A stretch of DNA of 38,095 nucleotides from Streptococcaceae bacterium (GCA_009779335.1 WREM01000001.1:1-38095), one strand, 5' to 3'. Counted from the stretch's first letter, positions 18,930 to 27,630 are shown. Program-made: numbers and translations. Notes: generated from the sequence alone by a model not told the origin.

Positions 18930-20360
18930 TTATAATTTTTTAGCTATTTCATAAATAACAGGTACAGTCACGCTGTTTCCTGCTTGCTTATAGAGTTGAG
19001 AGTTACTGTTCACTGCTTCAGCTTTCTCAAAAGTAGAGTCAGGAAAGCCTTGAAGCCTCCAACATTCACGAGGCGTCAGTTTTCTCACTCTCATGTCTTG
19101 TAATACGGCATCAGGTTGTGTGGCAACTGTTCCACTATATCCACTTCTGACTGAACCTCTTGCTTTTGGCTGTAAGCTGATGTTGTCGCCATTATTAGCC
19201 TCTAAGCAAGGTTTGTGGGGGCTGTTGTTTTTGATTAAAACACCTGCATCTGATTTATTTGCTTTTAGCGTTCTACTCAAACCGTTTAATACGCCCCTGT
19301 GATGATTTTGCGAATCGTTGGTATAAAGGCCACCAACCACTACACCGTGTCTATCTTGACCTGTTAAAGTAAACATTGGCTCGCCATTTTCTTTGAATCG
19401 TCTGCCATTTTGACGTTTTTCTGATCGATCAGGAGTAAGAACTGGGATAGCAATTTTAGGCATGCGATTGCCACCGTTGCAGGTGTCGAGTGTTGGGCTG
19501 ATTCCGTCAGTGTCAAAAATTCTTCCAGCTTGTGAGTTGTGACTATTGTTGTAAATATTACCTATTATTTTCGGTATGTTCCCTGAACCACCACCTGCTT
19601 TTACTGTTCGAGTTAATCCTTCAGGATCATAAACATTTTGCTCAAAGTGCCAGCCGTTTTTGGTTTTTCCCTTTAGTGGATTGAGAATTTTCAGACCCTC
19701 GCCTTTATTGGTTGTGAGTGTTGGACTCAATCCATCTGAAGCATAAACGTTCCCATTCATGCCTTTACCACTGGGATTGATATTTCCTATTGCCTGTACA
19801 TGAGCTTTTGTGTCTGTTGCTTCGAGAGGAAAAATTTCTCGTCCACATTCTCCTCTAAGATGTCCAATAATGAACACACGCTCTCGGTTCTGTGGGACGC
19901 CGAAGTTTTTACTGTTAAGCACTTGCCACTCTGCATCGTACCCGAGTTCATCCAACGTAAAGAGAATGGACTCAAATGTTCTGCCTTTGTCGTGAGATAA
20001 AAGCCCCTTGACGTTCTCAAGCAATAATAGGCGTGGTTGGATTTGTTTGGCCGCTCTGGCAATCTCGAAAAAGAGAGTTCCTCGAGTGTCTTCAAATCCA
20101 AGCCGATTTCCTGCAACTGAAAAGGCTTGACAAGGGAAGCCACCTGTGATGACGTCAATTTCTCCCTTGAACTTTGCCCATTCTTTGTCTGTAACTGTTG
20201 TGATGTCATGGTATTCATGTTCTCCTTCTGTGTTATGTATGGCTTTATATGAGGCTCTTGCGAATTTATCAATTTCACAAAAGCCCACACATTCATGTCC
20301 TGTTGCTTCCATTCCTAAGCGAAAACCGCCTATTCCTGCAAATAAATCAAGAAATTTCAT
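18930..20360 (-). CDS. dcm: DNA cytosine-5 methyltransferase with tandem TRD-like modules
   Basis: Motif I FAGIGG, IV GFPCQ, VI ENVKG, VIII PQNRER, IX RKLTPRECWRLQGF, X QAGNSV. Confidence 0.93.
   Translation of the reverse strand: MKFLDLFAGIGGFRLGMEATGHECVGFCEIDKFARASYKAIHNTEGEHEYHDITTVTDKEWAKFKGEIDVITGGFPCQAFSVAGNRLGFEDTRGTLFFEIARAAKQIQPRLLLLENVKGLLSHDKGRTFESILFTLDELGYDAEWQVLNSKNFGVPQNRERVFIIGHLRGECGREIFPLEATDTKAHVQAIGNINPSGKGMNGNVYASDGLSPTLTTNKGEGLKILNPLKGKTKNGWHFEQNVYDPEGLTRTVKAGGGSGNIPKIIGNIYNNSHNSQAGRIFDTDGISPTLDTCNGGNRMPKIAIPVLTPDRSEKRQNGRRFKENGEPMFTLTGQDRHGVVVGGLYTNDSQNHHRGVLNGLSRTLKANKSDAGVLIKNNSPHKPCLEANNGDNISLQPKARGSVRSGYSGTVATQPDAVLQDMRVRKLTPRECWRLQGFPDSTFEKAEAVNSNSQLYKQAGNSVTVPVIYEIAKKL
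19787..20218 (-). CDS. Out-of-frame ORF nested in the C5-MTase gene (beta-polypeptide-like)
   Basis: Long open alternative frame ending ...CSLLDILEENVDEKFFLSKQQTQKL; AAGGAG upstream of ATGs at 20218 and 20209. Confidence 0.5.
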   Translation of the reverse strand: MNTMTSQQLQTKNGQSSREKLTSSQVASLVKPFQLQEIGLDLKTLEELSFSRLPERPNKSNHAYYCLRTSRGFYLTTKAEHLSPFSLRWMNSGTMQSGKCLTVKTSASHRTESVCSLLDILEENVDEKFFLSKQQTQKLMYRQ

Positions 20361-20536
20361 ACTTTCCCTCCAATCAGAGCAGAGGCTTTAATCTCTGCTT
20401 TATTTATAATTTTTGATGGTGGCATGCAGCCTTTGTGTGCAGGGATAAGGATATAAACCTTACATTTTGGACATTTCTGACCATAATGAGCCTGACCTTT
20501 TTTGACCATTTCATGTGGGTCTGTTAATTGAACCAT
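20357..20536 (-). CDS. Small hypothetical protein with CxxC
   Basis: Not in the ORF track. MVQLTDPHEMVKKGQAHYGQKCPKCKVY...GGKV*; overlaps the upstream stop and has an ATGA overlap with the MTase start. Confidence 0.5.
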   Translation of the reverse strand: MVQLTDPHEMVKKGQAHYGQKCPKCKVYILIPAHKGCMPPSKIINKAEIKASALIGGKV

Positions 20537-21114
20537 TTGAGCCTTGTTTCTCCTTTATAGAATTTTTTCCAAACGAACCAAGCGTAAGAAATTGCACTGC
20601 CTTTCATGCTTTCAAAATCGCCATTCATTGCACATTTAAGGCGACTACTTGAGACATAGATGTTTTTAGGTGGATATTGTGAAAATAATTTCTTGCGTGC
20701 TTTGCCCTCCAGATAGCGAATGGGCAAAAATAAAGCGAGCTTTCGCTCGTTTTGTAATAGTCGCATTGCCTGTTCAATAAACTGATTGGCGTATTTATAA
20801 GGTGGATTGGTTAAAATGTCGCCGTGCCACTGCCCTTGATATTCTAAGAAATCAATTTGCTCAAGTGATCGATAGCCACGAGTGACAATATCTGACGACT
20901 TTCCGAGTATGCCATATCTTTTCAAGACACTAACCAAATGACCACCACCTGCTGCACACTCCCAAACATTATTGAAGTCTTCTAATTCAAGTAATAGCTC
21001 AAGTGCTTTTGGTTCAGTTGCATAATAATCTAGGTTATCTCTTTCGTATTCTCTGATATTAGCAAAGCCATTCGTTGCAATATGAGTGACGCTGTTTCCT
21101 GTCCAGTCTTTCAT
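20524..21114 (-). CDS. Small amino (N6-adenine/N4-cytosine) DNA methyltransferase
   Basis: DYYATEP, SAM-binding WECAAGGGHL, catalytic ILTNPPY. Confidence 0.8.
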   Translation of the reverse strand: MKDWTGNSVTHIATNGFANIREYERDNLDYYATEPKALELLLELEDFNNVWECAAGGGHLVSVLKRYGILGKSSDIVTRGYRSLEQIDFLEYQGQWHGDILTNPPYKYANQFIEQAMRLLQNERKLALFLPIRYLEGKARKKLFSQYPPKNIYVSSSRLKCAMNGDFESMKGSAISYAWFVWKKFYKGETRLKWFN

Positions 21115-21395
21115 AGTTTTTTTCTTTTTAACTCCTTATACATGGTTTGATTTCGGGTTTCTGCTCGTTTGAGTTCAGTTTTTAGGGTGACTAATTTTGC
21201 CTTTTTCTGACTTAGAGCTTTCTTGGTTAGTACACCTTTTCGTCTGCTGTTGCCAAAAAAAGTACCTAAAAACTGACTATGGTTAATCTGATGTTCCAAA
21301 TCGCCTATTTTGGAGTGTAAAGATAGCACTTTTTTATTTTGCCGCTTTAATTGTGTCATGCTCACTCCCTTGCTCTTACTGCCACGTCCACCCAC
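21111..21395 (-). CDS. Small basic protein with N-terminal (M)GGRGSKS motif
   Basis: Start reassigned to GTG 21395 after RBS AAAGGAGTGA just past the terL stop; 94 aa, Lys/Arg-rich. Confidence 0.7.
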   Translation of the reverse strand: MGGRGSKSKGVSMTQLKRQNKKVLSLHSKIGDLEHQINHSQFLGTFFGNSRRKGVLTKKALSQKKAKLVTLKTELKRAETRNQTMYKELKRKKL

Positions 21396-21409
21396 ATCTT
21401 TCACTCCTT

Positions 21410-22717
21410 TTAAGCCTTGAGGCGTAATAATTTTGCGTTGTCCATACAGAAATACTGGAATAAATCGCACGTGTGGTCATCTACTTTGACTACTTCAGGC
21501 TTACTGGTACGGATTGTCTTCTCGTCCCACTGATAACGCTTGTGTTCGTCAATGAAGATTGCATTTTCTGGTATGTCCATATAATAAAAACGCCCCTCGC
21601 AGATGAGCGATTGGACGTTGTCGATAAGATTGATTTTGTTTGTTTTCTTGACTGGACTCCATCGGATGTTGAAGTCTCTGTGATACTGATTTCGCAGTGC
21701 AGCCTCTGCACTATCTATGGTACGCCGTAAAATAGGCACTTTCTCATAAGCCTCGCCTGTGGTCTTGATGAAGTTATAAACCATTTGACTGAGCTGTGAC
21801 GGTGCGAGCTTGTTGACCTTACCTGCTGGGCTGTAATAGAGCGTATTGAGCAGTATTACTTTACCGCTTTGTGTAATGCCAAAATGCCCACATGCTGTTG
21901 CTGATTGAGCATGACCACCGTCTAACGCATAACAGCGATTAGTGATAGGGTCATCCTTAAACAGCTCATTGAGTGGTTGGAAGTGCTTCATGTTATAAAC
22001 ATTCGTACCAAGACCAACCACTTCACCCAAGTACATCCACCTATAATAGTCGAGGTCATGCTCTTTGTATCGTGAGATTTTTCGGAGCATTTGGTCACTG
22101 TTAAATCCTCTGACGTCATCTTTGTATGTGCTGTGGTGGATATAATAGTCAGGGTCTTCTTCTCGCTCTGTGACCCACTCATTGATCCAGTCATACGGAT
22201 TCTTCGGTGGATTCCATGAAGCATATACTTCAACTGACCTTCCACCATCGAGCTTCTGTCTGATGTACGTGTCAACGATAGTGTCATATTCTTCTTTGTC
22301 AGAGAACTCAGCCAATTCCTCAAGCCATACTCTTCCAACGTAACCAACGGCTATCTTCTGACCTTTGAGCTTCTGTGCATCATCTACTCCAAAGAAATAA
22401 AAAGCCGTACCAGTGGCACGGTGTACTATCTTCATAGGCGACGTATAGAAATCAAATTGCGAATATTGTCCAAGTTCAATAATTGCCCATTTAACCTGCT
22501 CATATACTGATGTTCTCAGTGTACTTGCTACCTTACGCAAGCAGACCACGTTCATATCAAAGTCACTCAGAAAGTCAATCACGAGCTTAATAGAAATGGC
22601 CGAGGATTTTGTCCCCGACCGACCGCCTTTGAATAATTTATAAGGTTTACCACTTACAAACGCACCCTTGAAAGTGGGATTAAGCAGTCTTGCTATGTTT
22701 ATTGTTCGTTTCTCCAT
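21410..22717 (-). CDS. terL: Terminase large subunit (PBSX/SPP1-like)
   Basis: Walker A KGGRSGTKS, Walker B VWLEE, SWNPP, nuclease ALDGG and DDHTCD. Start ATG 22717. Confidence 0.92.
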   Translation of the reverse strand: MEKRTINIARLLNPTFKGAFVSGKPYKLFKGGRSGTKSSAISIKLVIDFLSDFDMNVVCLRKVASTLRTSVYEQVKWAIIELGQYSQFDFYTSPMKIVHRATGTAFYFFGVDDAQKLKGQKIAVGYVGRVWLEELAEFSDKEEYDTIVDTYIRQKLDGGRSVEVYASWNPPKNPYDWINEWVTEREEDPDYYIHHSTYKDDVRGFNSDQMLRKISRYKEHDLDYYRWMYLGEVVGLGTNVYNMKHFQPLNELFKDDPITNRCYALDGGHAQSATACGHFGITQSGKVILLNTLYYSPAGKVNKLAPSQLSQMVYNFIKTTGEAYEKVPILRRTIDSAEAALRNQYHRDFNIRWSPVKKTNKINLIDNVQSLICEGRFYYMDIPENAIFIDEHKRYQWDEKTIRTSKPEVVKVDDHTCDLFQYFCMDNAKLLRLKA

Positions 22718-23279
22718 TCTCCTCACTCTCTATTTGTCGCTTAATACGCTGTAATGTTGACTGGGATAGCCCTGTCATTTCTTCTGTTTCTTTGTATGAA
22801 TGGCTTTGTAAGAACTCATAGGCTTTTTTATGCCTGTCAGTAATTGTACGTTTAGGGCGACCTTCCTTGTAATTAGGATTATGAGCTTTAGCGTAAGCCT
22901 TACCTTCTTGCGTACGCTCTACAATCATATCTCTTTCAAATTCTGCGAATGATAAAAAGATGTTTCTCATGAGCTTCCCACTTGGTGTATTGTCCAATTT
23001 ACCAAAGGCTAGGATATTTACTGCTATATCTTCAGCAAGTAACTCATCTATAAGTGCAGCCCCTTGTACAACTGAACGTGAAAATCTGTCTAGTTTCGTG
23101 ACAATAAGCTCATCACCAAAACGCAAGAGTTTACGCATTTTATCAAACTCTGGACGGTCATTCTTAGTTCCTGTGTACTTATCGGAGAAGATTTTTTCAG
23201 CTCCTGCTTTTTTCAGCATTTCAATTTGTGTGTCTAAATCCTGTGTTATTGTTGACACTCTCGCATATCCAATTCTCAT
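22680..23279 (-). CDS. Small serine recombinase (resolvase/invertase family)
   Basis: MRIGYARVST, VTKLDRFSRS, FAEFERDMIVERTQEG, GRP, C-terminal HTH. Start ATG 23279 after GGAGG. Confidence 0.92.
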   Translation of the reverse strand: MRIGYARVSTITQDLDTQIEMLKKAGAEKIFSDKYTGTKNDRPEFDKMRKLLRFGDELIVTKLDRFSRSVVQGAALIDELLAEDIAVNILAFGKLDNTPSGKLMRNIFLSFAEFERDMIVERTQEGKAYAKAHNPNYKEGRPKRTITDRHKKAYEFLQSHSYKETEEMTGLSQSTLQRIKRQIESEENGETNNKHSKTA

Positions 23280-23307
23280 GATACATCCTCCATATTTTCT
23301 GAACATA

Positions 23308-23380
23308 AGTTTTTGACTTATTATATAATCAGATTATATCAGAGTTTCTTGAGATAGTCAAATAATACACAGTTTTTGAC
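23308..23380 (-). promoter_or_regulatory. SigA promoter and putative resolvase binding sites
   Basis: TTGACT-17 bp-TATAAT (23333-23361); AGTTTTTGAC occurs twice (23308, 23371); TATAATCAGATTATA dyad. Confidence 0.6.
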
Positions 23381-23832
23381 TACTTCTCTTCAGCTTCTCC
23401 CCAGTCCACTTTGAGTTCAACTTTTTCAGTTTGCTCAACTTTTTTCTTATCAGTGAACAAGCCGTAACGTTTACCCAAAAGCTCAGCCGCTTTTAATCTG
23501 TCACGTCCTGGGATTTGTTTGTCGTTGCTGACAACTTTAGATTTTCCATCTCCAGCAAAAACAGTAACCAAGACTTCCTCAGTCACCTCGCCTTTCATGG
23601 ATTTCGTCAGAAATTCCTCCACTTGTTGAGCTGTTGCTATGTTTTGAGTATCTATAATCTCCCGTTTTTTCTTAATCGCATTGCGGATGGCCTCTTTTGC
23701 CAACAGACGACTACCTTGATTACTTGCACCCCTTTTGCTGTAACCAGCACGTATTGCTGCCTGTGTACCGTTATAATCGACCATATATTCACTCACAAAT
23801 GCCTTTTGCTTGGGACTTAGCTTCTCTTTCAT
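23380..23832 (-). CDS. terS: Terminase small subunit
   Basis: LSPKQKAFVSEY..DYNGTQAAIRAGYS, DRLKAAELLGKRYGLFTDK. Confidence 0.92.
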   Translation of the reverse strand: MKEKLSPKQKAFVSEYMVDYNGTQAAIRAGYSKRGASNQGSRLLAKEAIRNAIKKKREIIDTQNIATAQQVEEFLTKSMKGEVTEEVLVTVFAGDGKSKVVSNDKQIPGRDRLKAAELLGKRYGLFTDKKKVEQTEKVELKVDWGEAEEK

Positions 23833-23903
23833 ATCTACATCCTTTCCAAAAAAATGCTAACAAAAAGCGACATTTGCTAATGTCACTTTTCTCATAATAC
23901 AAG

Positions 23904-23954
23904 TATATCAGCTTTTTTCTGTTATTTTTCCTTAAAAAAGATGAATTTGTTGCA
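23904..23954 (-). promoter_or_regulatory. Late promoter copy 1 (upstream of terS)
   Basis: TGCAACAAATT-N10-AAGGAAAAA...TGATATACT; duplicated at 15401-15451. Confidence 0.6.
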
Positions 23955-23957
23955 AAT

Positions 23958-24056
23958 AAAAAATGATACCACCTCGGGCATCACTTTTCAGGTAAAATAA
24001 AAATTTATAAAAGAAAGAAGGAGGGTGCTTTTATATCGTCATCCCAAGACGAGTTT
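23958..24056 (-). ncRNA. Putative ~100 nt small RNA with anti-SD motif
   Basis: TGGTATAAT overlaps the activator stop; hairpin TCGTC..GACGA; CCCTCCTTCTTTC; terminator TGATGCC..GGTATCA+T6. Confidence 0.45.
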
Positions 24057-24063
24057 ATTTACA

Positions 24064-24525
24064 TTATACCATAGAAACTTTCATTGAGAATTTTCCAGCT
24101 ACCGATAATTCAAATACCGTTTCTTCAAAGCGACGGAAGAAGGGCCAGATGATATTATCATACGCATAATTCTTGCTACGGTCGAGGTATTTATAAGCGG
24201 CACCTTCCACGGTCATACTCTTGTTGATATACACATCACGAATAAGTGACCACTCGGCTTGACTTATACCTGCTTTGACCATATCCACAGCCTCACGCAT
24301 CAGTTCATATTTATGCAAGGTCTTATCTGATTCTTTTTTCATCAAATCCAGTAAGGCTTTTGGCGTATGCACTGGATTTTTCCCTTTAATGATATGATTG
24401 GCATCACTGGGACGCCACGGGCACTCAATCTCTTCGAGACGATTCTTGATTTGTTCATTGAAAGGGTACTGCTTCAGTTTATGTACCCAATAACCGTATT
24501 CTTTAGAAAAATTTACTCTACTCAT
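24064..24525 (-). CDS. Late transcriptional activator (RinA/ArpU-like)
   Basis: Last early gene before terS; 153 aa; LKQYP...IKNRLEEI and C-terminal sigma4-like helical region. Confidence 0.7.
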   Translation of the reverse strand: MSRVNFSKEYGYWVHKLKQYPFNEQIKNRLEEIECPWRPSDANHIIKGKNPVHTPKALLDLMKKESDKTLHKYELMREAVDMVKAGISQAEWSLIRDVYINKSMTVEGAAYKYLDRSKNYAYDNIIWPFFRRFEETVFELSVAGKFSMKVSMV

Positions 24526-24640
24526 TGTCGTTAAACACCTCTTTAATTTTTGTAACCACTGTGGCTACGATTGAAAACACACCAGCTAATAAAATCATGG
24601 CTAGCACAGCTAGACATAAAATAATCATTAAACCAAACAT
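24518..24640 (-). CDS. Small membrane protein (40 aa)
   Basis: RBS AGGAG; MFGLMIILCLAVLAMILLAGVFSIVATVVTKIKEVFNDNE*. Confidence 0.55.
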   Translation of the reverse strand: MFGLMIILCLAVLAMILLAGVFSIVATVVTKIKEVFNDNE

Positions 24641-25014
24641 GCCGTCTCCTCGATATTTGCAACCATCTGTTCACGTTGTGCTCTTTTCAAGGCTCTATAC
24701 TCCTGTACCCACTCGGCATCCATATCCATGTCACAAATGAGCTCATATTCTTCAGACGTTGGATCTTGCGAACATGCTCGGTGCATAACATATTTATTGA
24801 TCGTATATTGTGAGAAAAATCCTTCAAACTGTCGGATAATTGCAATTTGTGTGGTGCGTTTACCATCAAGACATGACGCATAGATACCACCGATTTGCCC
24901 TTTGCTGATTTTCAATTTATGATAATCACAGAAGTTATACAGCGACGTGAACCCTTGTTCTTTTGTATATTGAATCACAAGTGATGCAAAATTCTGTTCT
25001 AATTTAATTAGCAT
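24628..25014 (-). CDS. Hypothetical phage protein (possible HTH)
   Basis: RBS GGAGG; operonic. Confidence 0.6.
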   Translation of the reverse strand: MLIKLEQNFASLVIQYTKEQGFTSLYNFCDYHKLKISKGQIGGIYASCLDGKRTTQIAIIRQFEGFFSQYTINKYVMHRACSQDPTSEEYELICDMDMDAEWVQEYRALKRAQREQMVANIEETACLV

Positions 25015-25180
25015 TGACTTCCTCCAGTTTTCTCATGACTCTAAATTCCCATCCTTTTTTCATTGAGACTTTGACATATCCGATGGTCTCGTTAAATTGT
25101 TCATCTAAGACGTTTACTTCTTCCTCGGTTTGTGCTTTTTCTAGTTTCGTACACAGGTACTTAAAAATATCTACTGACAT
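25004..25180 (-). CDS. Hypothetical phage protein (58 aa)
   Basis: Not in the ORF track. MSVDIFKYLCTKLEKAQTEEEVNVLDEQFNETIGYVKVSMKKGW...; overlaps the next start. Confidence 0.55.
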   Translation of the reverse strand: MSVDIFKYLCTKLEKAQTEEEVNVLDEQFNETIGYVKVSMKKGWEFRVMRKLEEVNAN

Positions 25181-25209
25181 GCTCTCTCATTTCTTTGTTA
25201 ATTTCCGAC

Positions 25210-25490
25210 GTTTATTCTAACAAAATTTTAATAATATCAAAGCGATATGATTATTGTCCCATGGTTCATCCCCATTACTTTTCTATATAGATACTATAAG
25301 ACCCTTTTTACAAACGGCTCTGTTAAGCCATTTTATACTTGAATATATTTTTATATACTATTTTGATGATTGGATGCGACATAGAGGTTATAAATATAGA
25401 TATTATGAGGGTTTAGAGGTGTCGCATCGGATTTTTTAGAATGTGTACAGAATGGGTTTCGATGATTATAAAAGGGGTCTGGAAGCCCCC
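25210..25490. other. Putative phage replication origin region
   Basis: AT-rich non-coding gap after VirE with inverted repeat GATGCGACA (25373-25381) / TGTCGCATC (25420-25428). The position is typical for prim-pol/VirE phages (inference). Confidence 0.4.
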
Positions 25491-25492
25491 CT

Positions 25493-26821
25493 TTATTTCT
25501 CTCTGATGAATCCACGGTATTTTTTTCCGTTTCTTCTAAATTCTTTTTTGAGCCAATCTTTTTTATTTTTCATTAAATATCCGACTTTATTGACAAGTGC
25601 TCCACGTATATCATTTGATCCCAAGGCGTCAGACACAAAGTCCAAGGTGGCTACTTTTTCCATTCTTTTCACAGCAACAGCTTGATTGGGTCTGTCGTTG
25701 AGGTAATTCTGCGTATAATAGCGACGCTTGAGGGGATCTAAGGTTTCCCAGTCGGCAGGGACTCTCATATCCAGATAGATATTGAGGAGATTCTCGACCT
25801 CGTCGATATGACGGAAATCCTTGCGATAATCATCGATGGTTTCTTCCTCTTCTCGAGTAAAGACCGTTGGAAAACCGCCACGATATAAGGACATGGCTTC
25901 ACCCCAAATTTGGGCAATATCTTCTTCTATAAGGTCATCGAATATCGAGGCTTTTTCTTCGCCCTTACGGCAAATGACAGGGAGAAAACGACGCTCGCCT
26001 GTTTTGTCTTTGAGATAATCCTCTTCATTGGTGGTTCTTGCAATAACGAATTTTTTCGGATAACCTTCTGAACGTCGGCCGTAAGACTTACGGAAACGGA
26101 AAGAGGTTTTAGTAATGAAGGATTTAAGTGATTGAAAGGTGGTCATGTCACTTATGGCCATTTCATCGTCATTGACAATCAGAGCACGCAGCATGATTTC
26201 AATATTATCTTTGTCTTTGAAATCCGTGATAGCATCGGTATAAAATTCACCGCCCAACTTCTGCAAGAGGGTGGTTTTCCCAATCCCTTGGCCTCCGACC
26301 AAATCCAAGACATAATCAAATTTACTGTATGGCTCAAATACTTTCTTTACTGCACCAACAAGCCAAATTAAAGCAATAGATGACACGATAGCATTATCAT
26401 TCGCTCCGAGGTAAGTTTGAAAAAGCTGACCAATCCGATCTTTTCCGTCCCAATTACTGTGTGCTTGTTCCATATAATCTTGGACAGGGTTATATCGGTT
26501 TTGTCTGAAGAATACATCAAGCCCTGATTTTAGAGCGTTTTGTGTGAAGACCACCTGAAGCTCTTGCTCAAAGTAAATGAGGAGGGCAGACTCAAAATCG
26601 CTGGTCATTTCGCCGACGTCGTATTTTGTTCCTCGCAAATTCAGAGCCCGTGTGATTTCCCAATCTTCCGTAAATTCATTATATTTTAGTGAATGTTTGA
26701 GCTGATTATCATGCTGTAAGGCTATAAGCACGTTTTGGCTTGAGTTGACCTTGATGGTATCATTTTCTGTCAGTTGGAACTGCGGTGGCAGTTGTATGAC
26801 TTGATTTTTAATGCGATTCAC
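25493..26821 (-). CDS. VirE/VapE-like P-loop helicase
   Basis: KFDYVLDLVGGQGIGKTT, IVNDDEM, FVIARTTN, KDKTGERRFLPV. Confidence 0.9.
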   Translation of the reverse strand: MNRIKNQVIQLPPQFQLTENDTIKVNSSQNVLIALQHDNQLKHSLKYNEFTEDWEITRALNLRGTKYDVGEMTSDFESALLIYFEQELQVVFTQNALKSGLDVFFRQNRYNPVQDYMEQAHSNWDGKDRIGQLFQTYLGANDNAIVSSIALIWLVGAVKKVFEPYSKFDYVLDLVGGQGIGKTTLLQKLGGEFYTDAITDFKDKDNIEIMLRALIVNDDEMAISDMTTFQSLKSFITKTSFRFRKSYGRRSEGYPKKFVIARTTNEEDYLKDKTGERRFLPVICRKGEEKASIFDDLIEEDIAQIWGEAMSLYRGGFPTVFTREEEETIDDYRKDFRHIDEVENLLNIYLDMRVPADWETLDPLKRRYYTQNYLNDRPNQAVAVKRMEKVATLDFVSDALGSNDIRGALVNKVGYLMKNKKDWLKKEFRRNGKKYRGFIREK

Positions 26822-27627
26822 CTTCCTTTGTATTTTCTAATTATGGACTCCACTGTCCGTTCAAATTCTTTGATGGATAATGGTTCAAGACTGTTTTCAT
26901 TGGCGATTTTAGCCAGTTCATAGGCTTCAAGTGGTTCTACTTTTCGCAGTAAAAGCCCACCAACAAACTTGGCGAGCCCTTGATTTCGTCCACCCACATC
27001 GCCAAAGCCGTGGACAATGGTTTCAAAAAGAGCTGTGGTTTTGTTCTTACTTTTATTTGCATGAACGCTTTGATAATAGATTTCTTGTAAGCCTGAGCCT
27101 GTTTCACGGTTACTGTTTATGGCAGCAACTAACTCACGGCTTGCAGTCATCATTGTGCCTTTATGAGGACTTTTTTCCATGTCCCACTCATACGACCCTT
27201 TATCTGTGGCACTTGGAGCAACTAAAACATAATTGTTATTATGAGCTTTAATATCCACGCCTGGTAACATGCCGATTTGTTGAGAAAGGGTCATGTCGTC
27301 ACGCTTCAGATAAAATAGATGCTTTCCACCTGAAGCTGTTTTCGCTTGAAGTGTAGGAGTGATTAAACTCACGTGTTCCCATGCTTTAAGGCTATCAAAT
27401 CCATTCACTTCATCGCCGTGTCCCACGTCAATATCAATCACGAAAAACCTGTCTGTCTTCAGAGCAATATTAGCAGTAGGGAACTCATCCCATACTTTTC
27501 GCACTTCTTTTTCCGTCATCGGTGGCTTATCAGCAAATGTCATCAGAGGACGCTTGCTTGTTGGACTTATCGGAATAACCGACAAGCCCAATCGTGCATA
27601 TTTAACGGCAAAATCAACCATTTCCAT
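26818..27627 (-). CDS. Bifunctional DNA primase/polymerase (Prim-Pol + PriCT-1)
   Basis: SVIPISP..KRP, FVIDID, TASGGKHLFY, GVDIK, YVLVAPS, GGRN. Confidence 0.9.
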   Translation of the reverse strand: MEMVDFAVKYARLGLSVIPISPTSKRPLMTFADKPPMTEKEVRKVWDEFPTANIALKTDRFFVIDIDVGHGDEVNGFDSLKAWEHVSLITPTLQAKTASGGKHLFYLKRDDMTLSQQIGMLPGVDIKAHNNNYVLVAPSATDKGSYEWDMEKSPHKGTMMTASRELVAAINSNRETGSGLQEIYYQSVHANKSKNKTTALFETIVHGFGDVGGRNQGLAKFVGGLLLRKVEPLEAYELAKIANENSLEPLSIKEFERTVESIIRKYKGR

Positions 27628-27630
27628 AAT

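Noticed and set aside
23309-23321. 13 bp GTTTTTGACTTAT shared between the resolvase promoter and the integrase 3' end (33542-33554)
   Set aside because: A 13 bp AT-rich match is expected by chance in 38 kb; no further similarity.
25254-25685. Plus-strand ORFs in the gap after VirE
   Set aside because: Opposite to the operon direction, AT-rich, no RBS; the region looks like an origin.
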